DNA from: Octopus bimaculoides
Taxonomy: Eukaryota
DNA: 35,670 bases
Assembly: GCF_001194135.2 (NCBI RefSeq)
Contig: NC_068983.1
Span: 124,107,350-124,143,019, forward strand
Direction: 5' to 3'
Positions 1-10,378 of this stretch are shown piece after piece; position 1 is the stretch's first letter; each line of letters starts with the position of its first letter. The translations under genes and the position numbers were made by a program. The notes beneath the pieces were generated by a model, which worked only from the letters and a program-made list of their open reading frames with translations, was not told where the DNA came from and made no database searches.

Positions 1-62
1 GGGTTAGGGATAGGGTTAGGGTTAGGGATAGGGTTAGGGTTAGGGTTAGGGTTAGGGTTAGG
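1..62 (+). repeat. Telomere-type (TTAGGG)n array with ATAGGG variants, internal to the family-A element
   Basis: About 10 hexamers read directly. The array is G-rich on the + strand and runs into the element terminus. Confidence 0.95.
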
Positions 63-133
63 ATCGACCACTCAAGACTAGCTAGCGCGGACGCGCGACT
101 GCGCGTTCGGATCCGTGCTGCTTTAGTAGTCCC
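1..133. mobile_element. End of family-A TTAGGG-carrying TIR element (Merlin/MULE-like MITE), cut by the window edge
   Basis: 61-133 matches the 73-nt terminus at 21643-21715 with 4 mismatches and is preceded by a TTAGGG/ATAGGG array, as in the 21406-21715 copy. The far end and TSD lie outside the window. Confidence 0.85.
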
Positions 134-227
134 TAAAACATATCCATTTTCCTAAAGTTATGAGGGGAAAAATCGGATTGTGTGAATTTTCCGAAAGTCC
201 TCTGCCCCCACCCCCTCAGAAAAAAAC

Positions 228-462
228 GGTAATTTTTCATATTAACACCCGCACGACTTTCACTAGGGTGTTAGGGTTAGGGTTTTAGGATCAGGGTTGG
301 GGTTTTAGGGTTAGGGTTAGGGTTAGTGTTAGGATTAGGGTTAGGGCTAGGGTTAGGGCTAGGGTTAGGGTTTAGGGTTAGGGTTAGTGTTAGGATTAGG
401 ATTAGGGCTAGGTTTAGGGTTAGGGTTAGGTAATCGTGCGGGTGTTAATCAGAAAAATTACC
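228..462. mobile_element. Family-B MITE: 29-bp TIRs enclosing a degenerate TTAGGG array
   Basis: TIR GGTAATTTTTCATATTAACACCCGCACGA (228-256) vs 434-462, 2 mismatches. Flanks aaaaaaac/gaaaagac are at best a decayed 8-bp TSD. A second copy is at 2423-2483. Confidence 0.85.
266..431 (+). repeat. Degenerate TTAGGG array (TTAGTG, TTAGGA, CTAGGG, TTTAGGG variants) with a higher-order duplication
   Basis: The variant order TTTAGGG..TTAGTG-TTAGGA..CTAGG occurs twice (about 304-352 and 371-412). Confidence 0.9.
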
Positions 463-1138
463 GAAAAGACTTTTTCTTTTTTTTTTTTTTGTAATCTTTG
501 ATGTTTAAAGCATTCAAATCCACAACCCGTGCACCAGGATCGAACTCAAAACTACATATACAGAAGTGGATTTGTTTACCATACAGCTATGACTGCAACA
601 TAAGGATATGTTCTCAATATTTGCAAATTTAATAATTAAAAAATGTTGCTTCATTCATGTTATAATTGGTAACAGAAGGTTATAAAAGAAAATACTATAC
701 TTATCTTTGATTGAACAGAAATAAATCCAGGTGACATGTTGCTTGCCATCTTGTAATTACTTATGAGTTCAAATCCCGCCGAGGTCAACTTGGTCTGTTC
801 ATCCTTCCAGGGTTGATAATGTTAATTATCCATCAAATATTGGGCTTGGTTTATATTCTTTGACTACCTTCTTGATATGAATGGAATTTATAACAAAAGT
901 CATTTTAACTTCTTTCTTTCAACTTTATTTTCATTTATTATTCCTTTTTTCTCTTTTTTCCCCAGAGTATTTCCAAATAATCATTTCCATCAAACAACGG
1001 AATATGAACAATAATTTATATCAATTTATTTTAGATCGATAATTTTTCAAATATATTTTAATCGCTTTCATTGAAGCTGGAAATTTCTTTTTTGTTTTCT
1101 TCATATTAAAAAAATATTTTGGTTTTCACACATTTAAG

Positions 1139-1278
1139 GAATAATTGAGCGTCGACAAGGAAATCATTCAGAAAGAAAATACTTGTTAAACAAGCGAATT
1201 AAAGAAATTATTCGAGAAGAAAAAAAATTAGAAAAGAGAACAATTAAGTTTGGGATATTAATTCCCCCAAAACAGTAA
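1139..1278 (+). CDS. Candidate terminal coding exon of an unidentified upstream gene (xIIERRQGNHSERKYLLNKRIKEIIREEKKLEKRTIKFGILIPPKQ*)
   Basis: T-rich tract plus ttaag acceptor at 1137-1138, open charged helical-looking frame, TAA at 1276-1278, AATAAA at 1286-1291. No family recognised and no upstream exon found. Confidence 0.25.
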
Positions 1279-2422
1279 TTCAGTCAATAAATAAACCATG
1301 AGATTTGTAGACAATTCACAAGAAACATTTTCAAGCATAATAAAAAATATATTTTAAAACTTATCCCAGCATTTTGGAGTGAGATCCTTTGACTTACGGG
1401 TTGAAAGAATGTTGTTGTAATGATTATAATAAATATTTTTAGACACTGCTGTAATATACCTTTCTCTGATAAATCATTTTTTCGTACTTCCTTTCCTATT
1501 CGTTTCGAAAGATATTGTTTCAGAATAAACATTGATAAAACTCACCCCATCTTAGATGTATTTCGAGTATTTTCCAAGTCAACAGAGTTTTGTCAAAGGC
1601 GCCAAAATCGTCAAGTATGTTTTCTTGAAAACATTTTACTCCGTTTAAGAAGAAATGTGTGAAGTAAATGAAAATTGTGACTTAGAAAGATTCTATAAAT
1701 TGTGAATAACATTGTTGCCAGGTACTTATTAATAAGAAAAACAAAACGGGAAAAGTAAATAGTAATAGTTATTATAAATAGTTGAAACACATCCATTACG
1801 TCGTGTTCAACTCAAAATTTGCAGACGACAATTCAAACTCTATAGTCAATAAATGCGCATTAAAATAAGTAGAAAAAATAGTGCCCGTTTAAGTTTAAAT
1901 AATTAATCAAAATTTTTCAAGACACAACGATTTTTTGTAAGAGAAAATTTATAACCTTCCTTAACATCAAACTTTTGGTTATTTTATTGGTCTTAAAAGT
2001 TGATTTAAGTTGAATATGAGCTGACACTTAAAACTCACTGAACCTGATTACACAAAGGTTGTAATTCGGTTCCCAATCGTCTGCGTCACCTCTTAACGCT
2101 CTGAGATGAATTAAATTATGATATTAGTTTATTTCTTTAGTTTGAAAAAATTAAATGAGTTTATATCATCATTTCTTCTAAATGGTCTTTTAACATTTAT
2201 AAGATTAATTATTTTTATAATTCTTGTATTTAAAAATTGTCCCGGTTATTACAAAATAAATCTTTGTAATAAAGACTGAAACCTTAGGATGAACGAGATG
2301 AGGTTACTTTCATGCAATTTCAACAAATATGAATTTGGATCAAATGGTTTCCGACTGGAGTCGAAACTAGATCGAAAACTCCGTTCAAACAGTAATTGAC
2401 AATTATACTAAGTAACAGATTT

Positions 2423-2483
2423 GGTAATTTTTCAGATTAACACTCGCACGATTTTCCCTAGGGTGTTAATCTGAAAAATTACC
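2423..2483. mobile_element. 61-bp family-B mini-element lacking the TTAGGG array
   Basis: Perfect 21-bp TIR GGTAATTTTTCAGATTAACAC and perfect 8-bp TSD ACAGATTT (2415-2422 and 2484-2491). Confidence 0.9.
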
Positions 2484-2836
2484 ACAGATTTTTCTCGAAG
2501 TGCTTTTTCGCTCCTTTAGTTTTCCACCAAGTTTACTGTGTTAAATACGAAAATCACCTTAATTTTATTCTAACAACAAAGATTTGCCTACTAATCACGA
2601 AAACACAATATTTATTGTAATTTCAGCTGCGTCATGTAGATACTATAGAATGCGTTTACTATGATATAACGAGAAGTCACGAATAATGTAAGAAAATTGT
2701 AACAACTATGGAGTTACCACGAATGAACAACCTCAATATGCTCACAAGTGAACATTGACCATCACTATCTTTTGTGTCTCTATTATCTTCTCCAATGAAG
2801 TTCGAAATGTAATCGCATCATAGCTTTATTCTAACA

Positions 2837-3056
2837 AAGGCAGCGAGTTGGCAGAATCATAAGCACGTCGGACAAAAGGCTTAGTGGCATTTCGTCTGTC
2901 ATTATGAGTTGAGTTAAAATTCCGCTGAAGACGACTTTGTCTTTTATCTTTTCAGGGTCGATAAAATAAGTACAAGTTGAGCACTGGGGTTGACGTAATC
3001 GACTAACCCCTTTCCCCCAAAACTTCAGGCCTTGTGTCTATAGTATAAAAGATTAC
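2837..3056 (+). mobile_element. tRNA-derived SINE, family 1, near full length
   Basis: Head GGCAGCGAGTTGGCAGAATC with a B-box-like GAGTTAAAATTCC. The body recurs at about 770-850, 5025-5150, 25745-26105 and 27717-27917. Confidence 0.75.
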
Positions 3057-3089
3057 TTTAGTCTAACTTCCCCACTTTCATTTCTCTCA

Positions 3090-4260
3090 GTTGCATGTCC
3101 TGACGGAGCCATTCACCCTACTTTTCTGACACAGATTCAGCCAGAAGAATCCAAATGATAGGCTAAATAGTACAACTTAAATGACATTTTGCATCCAATA
3201 TTTCTGTAACTTTCAAGTTGTTCTACAAATAAAAGCTTTGAATTCTCTGCTTCGTTGTTGTTCAGAAACTTGTTGACAACGTTCTTGAATGCATTAGTTC
3301 TCTTTGCAACCATTGTCATTTTCATATCCAGAGTTTTGCATGCAAACATCAGCTTCACCTGTGAATGCAATAAACACATCAACAACAATTTTGCGTCGAA
3401 CAACATCAGAAACATTGCTTGTATGCAAGCATAGGCTTCACAATCTAAGACTGCGCTGAATTGTTTCATCAGGCCATTTTACGTGGAAAGGAGGTAGAAG
3501 ATATTGTCAATGAATATAACATTGTGCTTTACATTTTATGTCAGGCAGGCTGCAGGGATGATCTTTTTAGCCATTCTCCTTTTATGCAATTTTTTTTATC
3601 TCCACAAGCAAGAGTGTTTAGTATATCCATCGAGCAATCCGAGCAAGAACTGGAATATTTGAAATCATTAGATATATCCCACATAGTTGTCATATTTTAC
3701 CTTTTTGAAGAAAACTTTTGTATTTTTGCATCTTTCAGATGTACAGAGTGAGCAACAGGTACACTTGTATACTGATTGTCATTGTAAAGTAGCACAATTT
3801 TCTGGCTTCTTGTACAGCCGTCAATGAACAAACGATTTTCATCAGGTTGGTCTCTAAAGCCAATCGATTCAAACAAGCCTCTTACATCAGTAGAAAAGTG
3901 TGGTTACTCCTCAGTGAATAGAAATGGACAAAATCTGCATGTTGTGTTCAGTATTTTAAAATTGTCACTTTTGCATCCAGTAGATTCCATTCTTTCAATC
4001 TGGACACCAGCAGCTCTCCACCATATTTAATGAGATTCAAGTCTTAAATCATCAAGCTCTTGCTGATCTACAAAGTAGGGTTCTTCACATGAGCATGCTC
4101 CTTGAACTTCTTCCCAATTTTCATTATGATCCCACATTTTTGATGTCAACTTCGTCTGTTGATTCATAAGTTTGTAAGAGGTAAATTTGGTTGGCACTGG
4201 AAGGGTGCCACACAATTCTTTACATAAATGTTAGAGGAAAAATATTGGAACAAGAAAACA
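3090..4260 (-). pseudogene. Decayed Chapaev3-type (CMC superfamily) DNA transposase
   Basis: Minus-strand frames, interrupted by stops and frameshifts, give in order: LPVP, EPYFVDQQELDDL, LLVSRLKEWNLL, RLFID, SVPVAHSVHLK, LLPPFHVK/GLMKQF, GCKMSFKLYYLAYHLD. This motif series matches Chapaev3 as recalled. Confidence 0.8.
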
Positions 4261-5024
4261 TCTGAACATAAAGACAACCCTTTTATTTTGTATGTACAAA
4301 AATTTACACCTTGGGACAATCAGTAGCCAGGTCTGGTGTGGAAGAGCAAAGTCGGAGTTAATCATACTTTGTGAAGGCATTCTTCACAGAAATCCAGCTG
4401 CACGGAGCTGGTCAAATACCGGTCAGCAGCAGAGGTGAACAGAGAGCTGCTGAGGACACGTCTGCATAGTTCAGCGGCTGCATCTCGAGTCCAAGATACA
4501 AGAGAACTCTGCTGCTGCTAGTTTTCTGCGCATGCGCATCAGGGACCATTCGGCAGGCCTTCCAGAAGGTTCCAACCCTGCGCATGAGTGCTAGAGACCC
4601 TCAAAATGACGTCACTACAACTTCCTCATGTCCCCTTCCCAATTTTTTTGCCAAAGCCCCCCGTTTTCCTAAAAATCACCTAAAAAAGATTCTGGGATCA
4701 ATGCATTCAACTAAAAATTCCTCATGGCAATGCCCCAGCATGGCTACAGTCCAATGACTGAAACAAAAAAAAAAATGACTGAAAAATATAACCGTGGGGC
4801 TTTTGTCCAGATCCCACTGACTAAACATCATTCCCTATCGAATATGGTTATTTTAATTGAAAGATTAGTAGACACTCCGGCCTACTAAGATTGTGTGGGT
4901 TTCATAAAACTCAAGGCACAGAATTTCAAGCATGAATCACGTGCTATATGATAGGATAATGTATATAACTAAGTAAATAATACACACTTATACTTAAGAT
5001 GTTTTCTTTTAGTTGTTAAATTTC

Positions 5025-5150
5025 TCTGACTTTGCATTTCGTCCTTTTGGAGTCGATAAATTAAGTACCAGTCGCGTACTGGGGTCAATATAATCAACTA
5101 GCTCCCTCCCCCAAAAATTTTGGGCCTTGTGCCTAGTATAGAAAAGAAAT
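5025..5150 (+). mobile_element. SINE family 1, 3' part
   Basis: GACTTTGCATTTCGTCCTTTTGGAGTCGATAAATTAAGTACCAG, collinear with 2930-3050. Confidence 0.7.
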
Positions 5151-5384
5151 TTCTCCAATAATGACAGCACACTGATCTCCGTTTACAGCAGTGGTTGTCA
5201 ACCATTTTAAGGCAATGGACCCCTTTTGTTCCTCTTTTACTCTACTGGACCTCCATAACCGTTTGATGTATAAAAGGAATCCCACTGTATTTTTATTGTT
5301 AAATATCATTAGGAATTATATAAAAAGATTAAAATATTTTGTGTGTTGTAGAAGTATAAAGCAAAGGTATTGGTCTCTTGTCAT

Positions 5385-8140
5385 TGCCTCTGTGAGGCCC
5401 AATGTTTGAAGGTCGTGCTTCACCACCTCATCCCATGTCTTCTGGAGTCTACCTCTTCCACATGTTCCCTTCACACAGCTGTCCTCATCCATATACACCA
5501 TACATGATCATACCAGCGCAGTTGTCTCTCTTGTACACCACATCTAATGCTTCTTATGTCCAACATTTCTTTCAGCACGCTTACATTGTCATGTGTGCAC
5601 ACTGTCATTACACATTCAGTGGATCATACAAGCTTCCTTTCTTTCAAGACTATGTATGGCCCAACAGTCATGGCCCATGTTTCACTGCTGTGTAGCATGG
5701 CTGTTTGCATGCATGCATCATAGTCTATCTTTCACTCTGAGCGAGAGGCCCTTTGTTACAGGTAGAGGTAGAGGCTTTCTTATTCTAGTGGCAACACTCT
5801 CAGAGCATCCACCCCTACTACAGACTTGGTTACCTAGGTAGCAGGAGCTATCAACTACTTCTAGTTTCTCACCCTGGCCTGTGATGGAATCTGTTTTCTG
5901 AACATCTTTGGTGTTTATTGGCCCTCTGCATTTGCCACACACAAAAACTATCATCCCAGTTAACCTTACTTTGATATTGCTGCACCTCTTGTGTCCAGTC
6001 TTCACTGGGTTCATCTTATGGAGTTTCTACCTACACCTTTTCTACAAATCAAGCAGGGTCATCTACCTGAAGAGGTTTCTGATTTGTCCACTTTCCTACT
6101 TACTAGGACATTGGTTTTTGGTAGATTGACTCTTAAGGCCCTTCAATTCTAGACCTTGCTTCCGCACCTGAAATTTCTTCTCTAGTTCTGGGAGTGATTC
6201 AGATTTGAGATCAAGGTCATCAACATAGAGGAGTTCCCAGGGGCAGCCTGTCTTGAATTCCTGTCATTGCCTGGAGGACTATGATGAATAAGAGGGGGCT
6301 GAGGACTGATCCTTGGTGAACCCCTACTTTTACCTGGAATTTTTTACTATACTTATTGCCAACCCTCACCTTACTGACAGCATCCCTGTACAGCTCTTAC
6401 TAACCACTCTTCTATCCCTAGTTTCTGCATTGCCCACCAGATAAGGGATAGGGGGACCCTGTCAAGGGTTTCTCCAAGTCAACAAAAGTCAAGTCCAGGG
6501 GTTTATCTTTGGCTAGGTATTTCTCCTGCGGTTGCCTTACCAGAAATATAGCATCAGTGGTGCTTCTACCTGGCACAAAACCAAACTGCATCTTAACTAG
6601 GCTAACTCTCTCCCTAATTAGTTGGGCTATGACCCTCTCCATGACCTTCATCACTAGATCCAGCAATCTGATACCCCTATAGTTATTTCTATCTAAAGCA
6701 TCACCTTTATCTTTGTAGCAGTTGACCGTGGTGCTGCTACACCAGTCATTGGGTATAACTCCTTTGTGAACTACCTGATTTACAATACAGGTGACTAGAC
6801 TATGACCCACACCACAGATATTTCAAGCATCTCAGCAGTGATTCCTGATGGGCTGGAGGCTTTCCCCGTCTTCATACCCTTAATTGCTTTATCTACCAAA
6901 GAACTGTCAATTCGAATAGCTGGTCCCCCTGTTAAGTCAACATTTAGAAAACTCTCTTTCTCCCATTCATTCTTTTCATTTAACAACCTTTCATAGTGGT
7001 ATTTCCAAGTCTCTTTGCAGCATCATTAAATGCAAGTGAGCCGTCGTCCATGTGGACACATTTCTCCCCTATGACATCATGATTCTCTCACACACTGTTT
7101 AGCAATATGAAACACTTCAAGTCTCTGATCCTCACGACGCTGAACATTGGCAAATTTTTTTCTTATCTGCTTCCCCTCTGGCTAAATAAACTTGTCTCCT
7201 CACTTCCCTTCTGGTAATCTGATAAGTTCCCTGCTACTACCACACTTCCATGCTTGTTTCGTTTCCCTAATGGCCCTGTCAACTAGATTGTTCCACCATC
7301 ATGTTATCTTAGGTCGAGGGGCCCTTGCACTAGTGACAGATCTGGTCAGCAGCTCTCAACAAGTTGTCCTGTAGAAACCTCCAGTTGTCCTCCACATTAT
7401 GTGATACTATATCCTCCTATTTTTCGTCAAACGCTTCAAGTAATATATCTCTAAATCTTTGTCCATTCAGAGGATCTTTAAGCTTCCAGACCCCTCTTTC
7501 CTATGCCGGTCATCTTCTGGGCAGCTATTTAGCCCTGATCCTGAAGTTGCTACCTACTAGCCTATGTTGTGGGGTGCATTTTTTACCTGCGAAAGTTTTA
7601 GCATTTATAAGTAGCCATCTTTCCCGTTTGCAGGTGAGAATGTAGTGAATCTGATTAGTGTACCCACCAGACTGGTAGGTGAACAGGTAACTAGTAGGTT
7701 TCCTGAAGTTAGTATTACAGATCATCAGATCATTTGCATAACAGAACTCCAGCAGCCTGGTTCCCTCCTCATTGTGGGAACCAAATCCATTGCCACCATG
7801 TACGCTCCTGGATGTCGAACAGGCCCGTTGAAGTCGCCAGCCACAAAGAGAAGGTCCCTATCATTCGTTGGCGAAGTAGTCTGCGAGAGGGTGTCATAGA
7901 ATTGGTCTTTCTGTTCATCAGGTAGCCCTGGCTGAGGGGCATAGGCCGAGATAATAGTTGCTAATCCATGTTGCAGCACTAATCTAAGCTTAAGTATTCG
8001 ATCACATACTCTGACTACCTCGATTACCATATCAACCCATTTCACCACAAGGAGTATACCCATGCCTCCAACCCCATCAGTGTTCCCTACCCAGAAAATC
8101 TTATACCTATGTTCTTTGCCTGTGAGGAACCTAGCAGAAC
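5385..8140 (-). mobile_element. 5'-truncated, frameshifted RTE-clade LINE (APE endonuclease plus reverse transcriptase)
   Basis: Endonuclease motifs SAYAPQ and GDFNG. RT motifs NYRGIRLL, QFGFVPGRSTTDAIF, FVDLEK, GVHQGSVLSPLLF, LLYVDDL. C-terminal GRGRLQKTW. Boundaries approximate. Confidence 0.92.
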
Positions 8141-8415
8141 TACTCTTGAAAAGAAGACCAGTAAATTTGTGGAGAGAGGTTTAGTCAATTTCATTGACCT
8201 TAGTAATTGATTGATACTTATTTTACTGAACAAGAATGGATGAAAGGCAAAGTTGACCACAGCAATATTTGAACTCAAAACCTGAAGAGCCAGAAGAAAT
8301 GTTGCTCAGAATTTTGTACAATGCACTGTTTCAGTCATTGGACTGCAGCACTGCCTTGAAGGTTCTTAGTAAAATGAATTGAACGCAGTAATAACTTTTA
8401 AGTCTGGTACTTATT

Positions 8416-8945
8416 CTAAGCATTCCTGTGACACCGCAATTCTTTCTCACACATTGTCTTGCAATCCGAAATACACCAGCCACAAATTTGGTCTGTGGCG
8501 CTCAGTAAGCTGTCACACAGGAATTTCCAGTTACAAGTCTGCAGCTCTTCCTCCCTCTCATCAAATTTCTCAATGAAGATGTCCCTAAATCTCTGACCAT
8601 GTGATGGGTTCTTAAGCTTCCAAATTCTTTTCTGGACTGATCTGCTGCTTAGCATCCTTCTGACCTCGAGTCTTATGTCACTGATGACTAGTCTATGCTT
8701 GGCAGGTGGGGTACATTTTTCACCAGGGAGGGTCTTTGTATTTAAAAGCAACCATGCACGCCGCTGTCTGGTGAAGATGAAATCAATCTGGCTAGCAGAG
8801 TCACCTGATTGATAGGTTATCAGGTGGCTGGCTTCCTGAAGTTGCTGTTGCAGATTAATAGGTTGCTTGCATCACAGAACTCCATTAGCCCAGTTCCCTC
8901 TTCGCTTTGGGAACCAATCTCCAGCCAAGAGATGTTTATATTTCA
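8416..8945 (-). mobile_element. Second, independent RTE endonuclease-region fragment
   Basis: NTKTLPGEKCTP..HRLVISD repeats the protein segment already encoded at 7525-7725, so this is a separate insertion. Confidence 0.8.
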
Positions 8946-10042
8946 CTGATCTTCAAAAGTAGAGAGCAATCAAATAAAATGTCAACATCAGCACCGCTTT
9001 GCTCACATGGCTACATGTGAAATATCAACATCCACACACATACAATAGGCAAGCTACCAAGCCAATATTAATCTCTGTTCTCAAGTTAAAGAGAAATAAA
9101 TCCAGGTCAAATTAGAATATATCCTATCCATATATTTCATCTTATACAAGAAAGCGATATTAAACTTAATGGCTTAAGTAATTGTTTATATTTTAGACTA
9201 CCATTATAGACTGAAGGAATATTGTAACAGAACCAGTTTGAAAAAGGATTACATTATTTGAGTATTAAGTGAGGAAGAACTTTTGGTAAATGTAATGCCC
9301 CACAAACATTTGGGTAACCATTAAAGACTTTCATTTTGGGAAGAGCAAGGTTAACTTTTCAAAGCTCACCTGTCTCCAAGCTATTGAAAGGACTTAAATT
9401 AGAAGACACAAAGTGAACATTAGGAGAGGTTATGAATTTCATACTTTTCCAAAAGAACACGAACAAATAAACTATTGCCTCCAAATATTAAATTGTGATT
9501 TGTAAGGCATTTTCTATAGTGACAGTGATGAAGATGATCCTTTAACTCCTGATGGTATTCTAGAAACATAGCCATGAAATATGGCATGTCTTGGGCCATA
9601 TCAAACTTGGTAGAACCTCTTTCTCTCCAGGTCTAAACACAGCTGATTTCTCCAAAAAGAATCAATTCCTGGTACTTTATTGACCTTAAAGGGATAAAAG
9701 CAAAGTTGACTTCAGAACAAAGAGCCTCAAAAGGACAAAAGGCAAAGTTGACTTCAGCTGGATTTAGATTCAGAACAAAGAGCAAAGGCATTCTATTTAA
9801 TACCCTGAAGACGAACAATTATGTATTAAAAGAATTTCTCTACCAGATAAAGTGTTTTACTCAAGTCATTTGGAGATTAGTAGAGCTTTGTGCTATGGCA
9901 AGTACCATAATGCAACAGAATAGTAGGATTAAACTTGAAACCTTTTGGTTAGAACTATTATTTAACTATTTTGCCATGACGATTTTACTTGCAGGCAAGA
10001 AATGAGGAATAATTGAAAATAACAATATTAATGTCAGATGTG

Positions 10043-10048
10043 TTTAAT
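10043..10048 (-). terminator. Possible CCT5 polyadenylation signal (ATTAAA)
   Basis: First AATAAA/ATTAAA hexamer seen on the minus strand after the stop codon, about 205 nt downstream. No transcript support. Confidence 0.3.
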
Positions 10049-10065
10049 AACAATCAGAGAAAAAA

Positions 10066-10072
<7 letters not shown>

Positions 10073-10104
<32 letters not shown>
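10073..10104. repeat. A32 homopolymer (a U tract in the putative CCT5 3' UTR)
   Basis: Read directly. Similar A runs lie near 11400-11423 and 22252-22287. Confidence 0.9.
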
Positions 10105-10107
<3 letters not shown>

Positions 10108-10253
10108 GCAATATTGTTTTCCACTGAATTTTTTTGTGTATACAAATTTTAGGCAAAATATGACTGCAAAGAATATAGCATGAGATGGTAGAAGAAAACC
10201 TTTAAATAACACGTGACTTGGCCAGTAATGAAATAAAAGCTATATGCATATGT

Positions 10254-10378
10254 TTAATATGCTTCACCAGGAGCTCTAATATCATCAATCTTCAAGATCA
10301 TACGAACTAACTGCGTAGCCAACATTATCTGTTGTTTCTTGGCAGTAAGTGTTTCCAACACATGTTGCTCTTTCATAT
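10254..10378 (-). CDS. CCT5: CCT5 exon 10 (125 nt; [11 protein letters not shown]...[11 protein letters not shown])
   Basis: Acceptor atgcag, TAA at 10256-10254. Confidence 0.96.

Noticed and set aside
1-62. True chromosome telomere at the window start
   Set aside because: A left chromosome end would read CCCTAA on the + strand. This array is G-rich on +, and it runs into a terminus also found, with a TSD, inside CCT5 intron 1.
79-114. tRNA-like Pol III A and B boxes (TAGCTAGCGCGG / GTTCGGATCC) in the family-A terminus
   Set aside because: Both boxes mismatch the consensus and are too close together, no cloverleaf forms, and TIRs plus a TSD indicate a DNA element.
1540-1680. Minus-strand exon ending at a strong GGG|gtgagt donor (1545)
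   Set aside because: No convincing acceptor or start, the peptide is unrecognised, and no downstream exon was found.
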